DNA of 64,000 nucleotides from positions 30,891,678 through 30,955,677 of the forward strand of contig CM074523.1 of NCBI GenBank assembly GCA_037379345.1, written 5' to 3'. The DNA comes from Perna viridis (Eukaryota). Below are positions 60,901 to 64,000 of the stretch, in pieces; the stretch's first letter is position 1; each line of letters begins with the position of its first letter. A model generated the notes under the pieces. The model was not told the DNA's origin, searched no databases, and was given only the letters and a program-made list of their open reading frames with translations. The position numbers were made by a program, and so were the translations under genes.

Positions 60901-63900
60901 CAGCTGGTTTTTGCTCCTCAACATCAGCTCTGACAGATATTTCAACTTCAGTCTTTTCAGTTGGTTGTTCAGATACTTCAGTTGTGATTTCAACTGTTTC
61001 CCCAACAGTGACTGGAGTCTCCTCAGTGGGAACTTCAGCTGGTCTTTGCTCCTCAACCTCAGGTTTGACAGATATTTCAACTTCAGTCTTTTCAGTTGGT
61101 TGTTCAGATACTTCAGTTGTGATTTCATATGTTTCCTCAACAGTGATTGGAGTCTCCTCAGTGGGAACTTCAGCTGGCTTTTGCTCCTCAACTTTGGGTT
61201 TGATAGATATTTCAACTTCAGTCTTTTCATGTGGTTGTTCAGATTCCTCAGTTGTGATTTCAACTGTCTCCTCAACAGTGACTGGAGTCTCCTCAGCAGG
61301 AACCTCAGCTGGTTTTTGCTCCTCAACATCAGCTCTGACAGATATTTCAACTTCAGTCTTTTCAGTTGGTTGTTCAGATACTTCAGTTGTGATTTCAACT
61401 GTTTCCTCAACAGTGATTGGAGTCTCCTCAGTGGGAACTTCAGCTGGTTTTTGCTCCTCAACTTTGGGTTTGATAGATATTTCAACTTCAGTCTTTTCAT
61501 GTGGTTGTTCCGAAACCTCAGTTGTGATTTCAACTGTCTCCTCAACAGTGACTGGAGTCTCCTCAGTGGGAACTTCAGCTGGTTTTTGCTCCTCAATATT
61601 AGCTCTGACAGCTATTTCCACTTCAGTCTTTTCAGTTGGTTGTTCAGATACTTCAGTTGTGATTTCAACTGTTTCCTCAACAGTGATTGGAGTCTCCTCA
61701 GTGGGAACTTCAGCTGGTTTTTGCTCCTCAACTTTAGGTTTGACAGATATTTCAACTTCAGTCTTTTCATGTGGTTGTTCAGATTCCTCAGTTGTGATTT
61801 CAACTGTTTCCTCAACAGTGATTGGAGTCTCCTCAGTGGGAACTTCAGCTGGTTTTTGCTCCTCAATATCAGCTCTGACTGATATTTCAACTTCAGTCTT
61901 TTCAGTTGGTTGTTCAGATACTTCAGCTGTGATTTCAACTGTTTCCTCAACAGTGATTGGAGTCTCCTCAGTGGGAACTTCAGCTGGTTTTTGCTCCTCA
62001 ACTTCAGGTTTGACAGATATTTCAACTTCAGTCTTTTCATGTGGTTGTTCTGATTCCGAAGTTGTGATTTCAACTGTTTCCTCAACAGTGACTGGAGTCT
62101 CCTCAGCAGGAACCTCAGTTGGTTTTTGCTCCTCAACTTCAGGTTTGACAGATATTTCAACTTCAGTCTTTACAGATGGTTGTTCGGATACTTCTGTTGT
62201 GATTTCAACTGTTTCCTCAACAGTGATTGGAGTCTCCTCAGTGGGAACTTCAGCTGGTTTTTGCTCCTCCACTTCAGGTTTGACAGATATTTCAACTTCA
62301 GTCTTTATAGATGGTTTTTCAGATACTTCTGTTCTGATTTCAACTGTTTCTTCAACAGTGACTGGAGTCTTTTCAGTGGGAACTTCAGCTGGTTTTTGCT
62401 CCTCAACATCAGGTTTGACTGATATTTTAACTTCAGTCTTTTCAGTTGGTTGTTCTGATAATTCAGTTGTGATTTCAAGAGTTTGCTCAACAGTGATTGG
62501 AGTCTCCTCAGTGGGAACTTCAGCTGGTTTTTGCTCCTCAACTTTGGGTTTGATAGATATTTCAACTTCAGTCTTTTCATGTGGTTGTTCCGAAACCTCA
62601 GTTGTGATTTCAACTGTCTCCTCAACAGTGACTGGAGTCTCCTCAGTGGGAACTTCAGCTGGTTTTTGCTCCTCAATATTAGCTCTGACAGCTATTTCCA
62701 CTTCAGTCTTTTCAGTTGGTTGTTCAGATACTTCAGTTGTGATTTCAACTGTTTCCTCAACAGTGATTGGAGTCTCCTCAGTGGGAACTTCAGCTGGTTT
62801 TTGCTCCTCAACTTTAGGTTTGACAGATATTTCAACTTCAGTCTTTTCATGTGGTTGTTCAGATTCCTCAGTTGTGATTTCAACTGTTTCCTCAACAGTG
62901 ATTGGAGTCTCCTCAGTGGGAACTTCAGCTGGTTTTTGCTCCTCAATATCAGCTCTGACTGATATTTCAACTTCAGTCTTTTCAGTTGGTTGTTCAGATA
63001 CTTCAGCTGTGATTTCAACTGTTTCCTCAACAGTGATTGGAGTCTCCTCAGTGGGAACTTCAGCTGGTTTTTGCTCCTCAACTTCAGGTTTGACAGATAT
63101 TTCAACTTCAGTCTTTTCATGTGGTTGTTCTGATTCCGAAGTTGTGATTTCAACTGTTTCCTCAACAGTGACTGGAGTCTCCTCAGCAGGAACCTCAGTT
63201 GGTTTTTGCTCCTCAACTTCAGGTTTGACAGATATTTCAACTTCAGTCTTTACAGATGGTTGTTCGGATACTTCTGTTGTGATTTCAACTGTTTCCTCAA
63301 CAGTGATTGGAGTCTCCTCAGTGGGAACTTCAGCTGGTTTTTGCTCCTCCACTTCAGGTTTGACAGATATTTCAACTTCAGTCTTTACAGATGGTTTTTC
63401 AGATACTTCTGTTCTGATTTCAACTGTTTCTTCAACAGTGACTGGAGTCTTTTCAGTGGGAACTTCAGCTGGTTTTTGCTCCTCAACATCAGGTTTGACT
63501 GATATTTTAACTTCAGTCTTTTCAGTTGGTTGTTCTGATAATTCAGTTGTGATTTCAAGAGTTTGCTCAACAGTGATTGGAGTCTCCTCAGTGGGAACTT
63601 CAGCTGGTTTTTGCTCCTCAACTTCAGGTTTGACAGATATTTCAACTTCAGTCTTTTCACTTGGTTGTTCTGATTTGGCAATAGAAAATTCAACTGTCTC
63701 TTCAAATGTTTCAGTTGTATCTAAACCTGGCACTTCAGCTGGTATATTGTCAGTTACTGATGAAACAACTGTTGTTTCCACGACAGTTTCCTGTTTTAGT
63801 TGAATAAATTCTTCTGGTTTTGTTTCTGGGACCTCCTCTTCTGAAACTCTTTCGTCTTCTACTTTTACAACAGATAACTTCCTATCTTCGCTGGATGGTG

Positions 63901-64000
63901 TTTCTGCTGGTTGTTGTACTGTTTCTTCTGCAATCTGTGTAGCAATGGAGTCATCAGTCATGACAGATTCCATTATTTCTTTAGTATATTCTTCAGCATA
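57949..64000 (-). CDS. Giant exon A (5' end outside window): about 38 x 45-aa E/T/V/P/K repeats followed by Ig I-set domain 1
   Basis: ORF 57941..63973 is open to the window edge. It ends SPKIIKEISGIEIPEGKELVITVGFISQPESTVTWFVDEQPL...PEDEGEYKAVIENEAGKATSTCFVQVI. Donor C|gtaagt, phase 1. Confidence 0.92.
58480..63700 (-). repeat. Coding tandem array, 135-bp (45-aa) unit, about 38 copies
   Basis: Unit ...EQPTEKTEVEISVKPEVEEQKPAEVPTEETPITVEETVEITTEVS... Confidence 0.95.

Larger units (their letters stand above)
2323..64000 (-). other. Internal span of a giant multi-exon titin/connectin/MLCK-like muscle gene (7 Ig I-set domains, PEVK/PEVT-like repeat exons, 6 DFRxxL-type motifs); extends beyond the right edge and probably the left edge
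   Basis: About 25 GT-AG exons with consistent phases, about 31 kb CDS. Ig I-set signatures (P-x-F...G-x-P-x-P-x-V-x-W...D-x-G-x-Y-x-C/V-x-A-x-N-x-x-G) alternate with E-rich disordered spacers. No Fn3 or kinase domain is in the window, so exact orthology is not assigned. Confidence 0.9.

Noticed and set aside
59302-61596. K/L/Q/R-rich alternative-frame minus-strand ORFs (also 31827-35993)
   Set aside because: Shifted-frame translation of the same repeats, interrupted at random.
58350-63803. 1817-aa plus-strand Ser/Thr/Val ORF (also 31658..35899 and the many 92-162 aa ORFs at 19.9-27.5 kb)
   Set aside because: Antisense shadows of E/T/V/K codon repeats that rarely contain TTA, CTA or TCA in frame. 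There is no independent evidence of a gene.
2323-64000. Assigning a gene symbol (TTN, sls, unc-22/twitchin, unc-89/obscurin, MYLK)
   Set aside because: No Fn3, kinase or RhoGEF domain lies in the window, so orthology cannot be fixed without flanking sequence and a phylogeny.

Overview
AT-rich metazoan genomic DNA, probably a bivalve mollusc (an inference from the repeat landscape, not proven). The whole window is an internal part of one giant minus-strand gene of the titin/connectin/twitchin/MLCK superfamily. I traced about 25 GT-AG exons by hand. Their phases chain without a break from position 64000 down to 2323, giving about 31 kb of CDS (about 10,400 aa) with neither the start nor a certain stop in view. 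The protein has 7 I-set Ig domains separated by Glu/Thr/Val/Lys/Pro/Ile-rich (PEVK/PEVT-like) spacers. Three of these spacers are giant tandem-repeat exons (over 6 kb, 11.7 kb and 7.9 kb). The most interesting signal is absent from the ORF track. Six small exons at 8.4-13.6 kb each encode one EQxDFRxxL motif (one is a DHRxxL variant), the F-actin-binding motif of smooth-muscle MLCK. They form a duplicated [3 motifs + Ig] module, and a KRPS PKA-type site lies just before the first motif. Most spacer exons, including two giant ones, are symmetric phase 1-1 cassettes, so spring length could be tuned by splicing. Introns carry many TTAA-flanked (Kolobok-like) and TA-flanked MITEs and several minisatellites.
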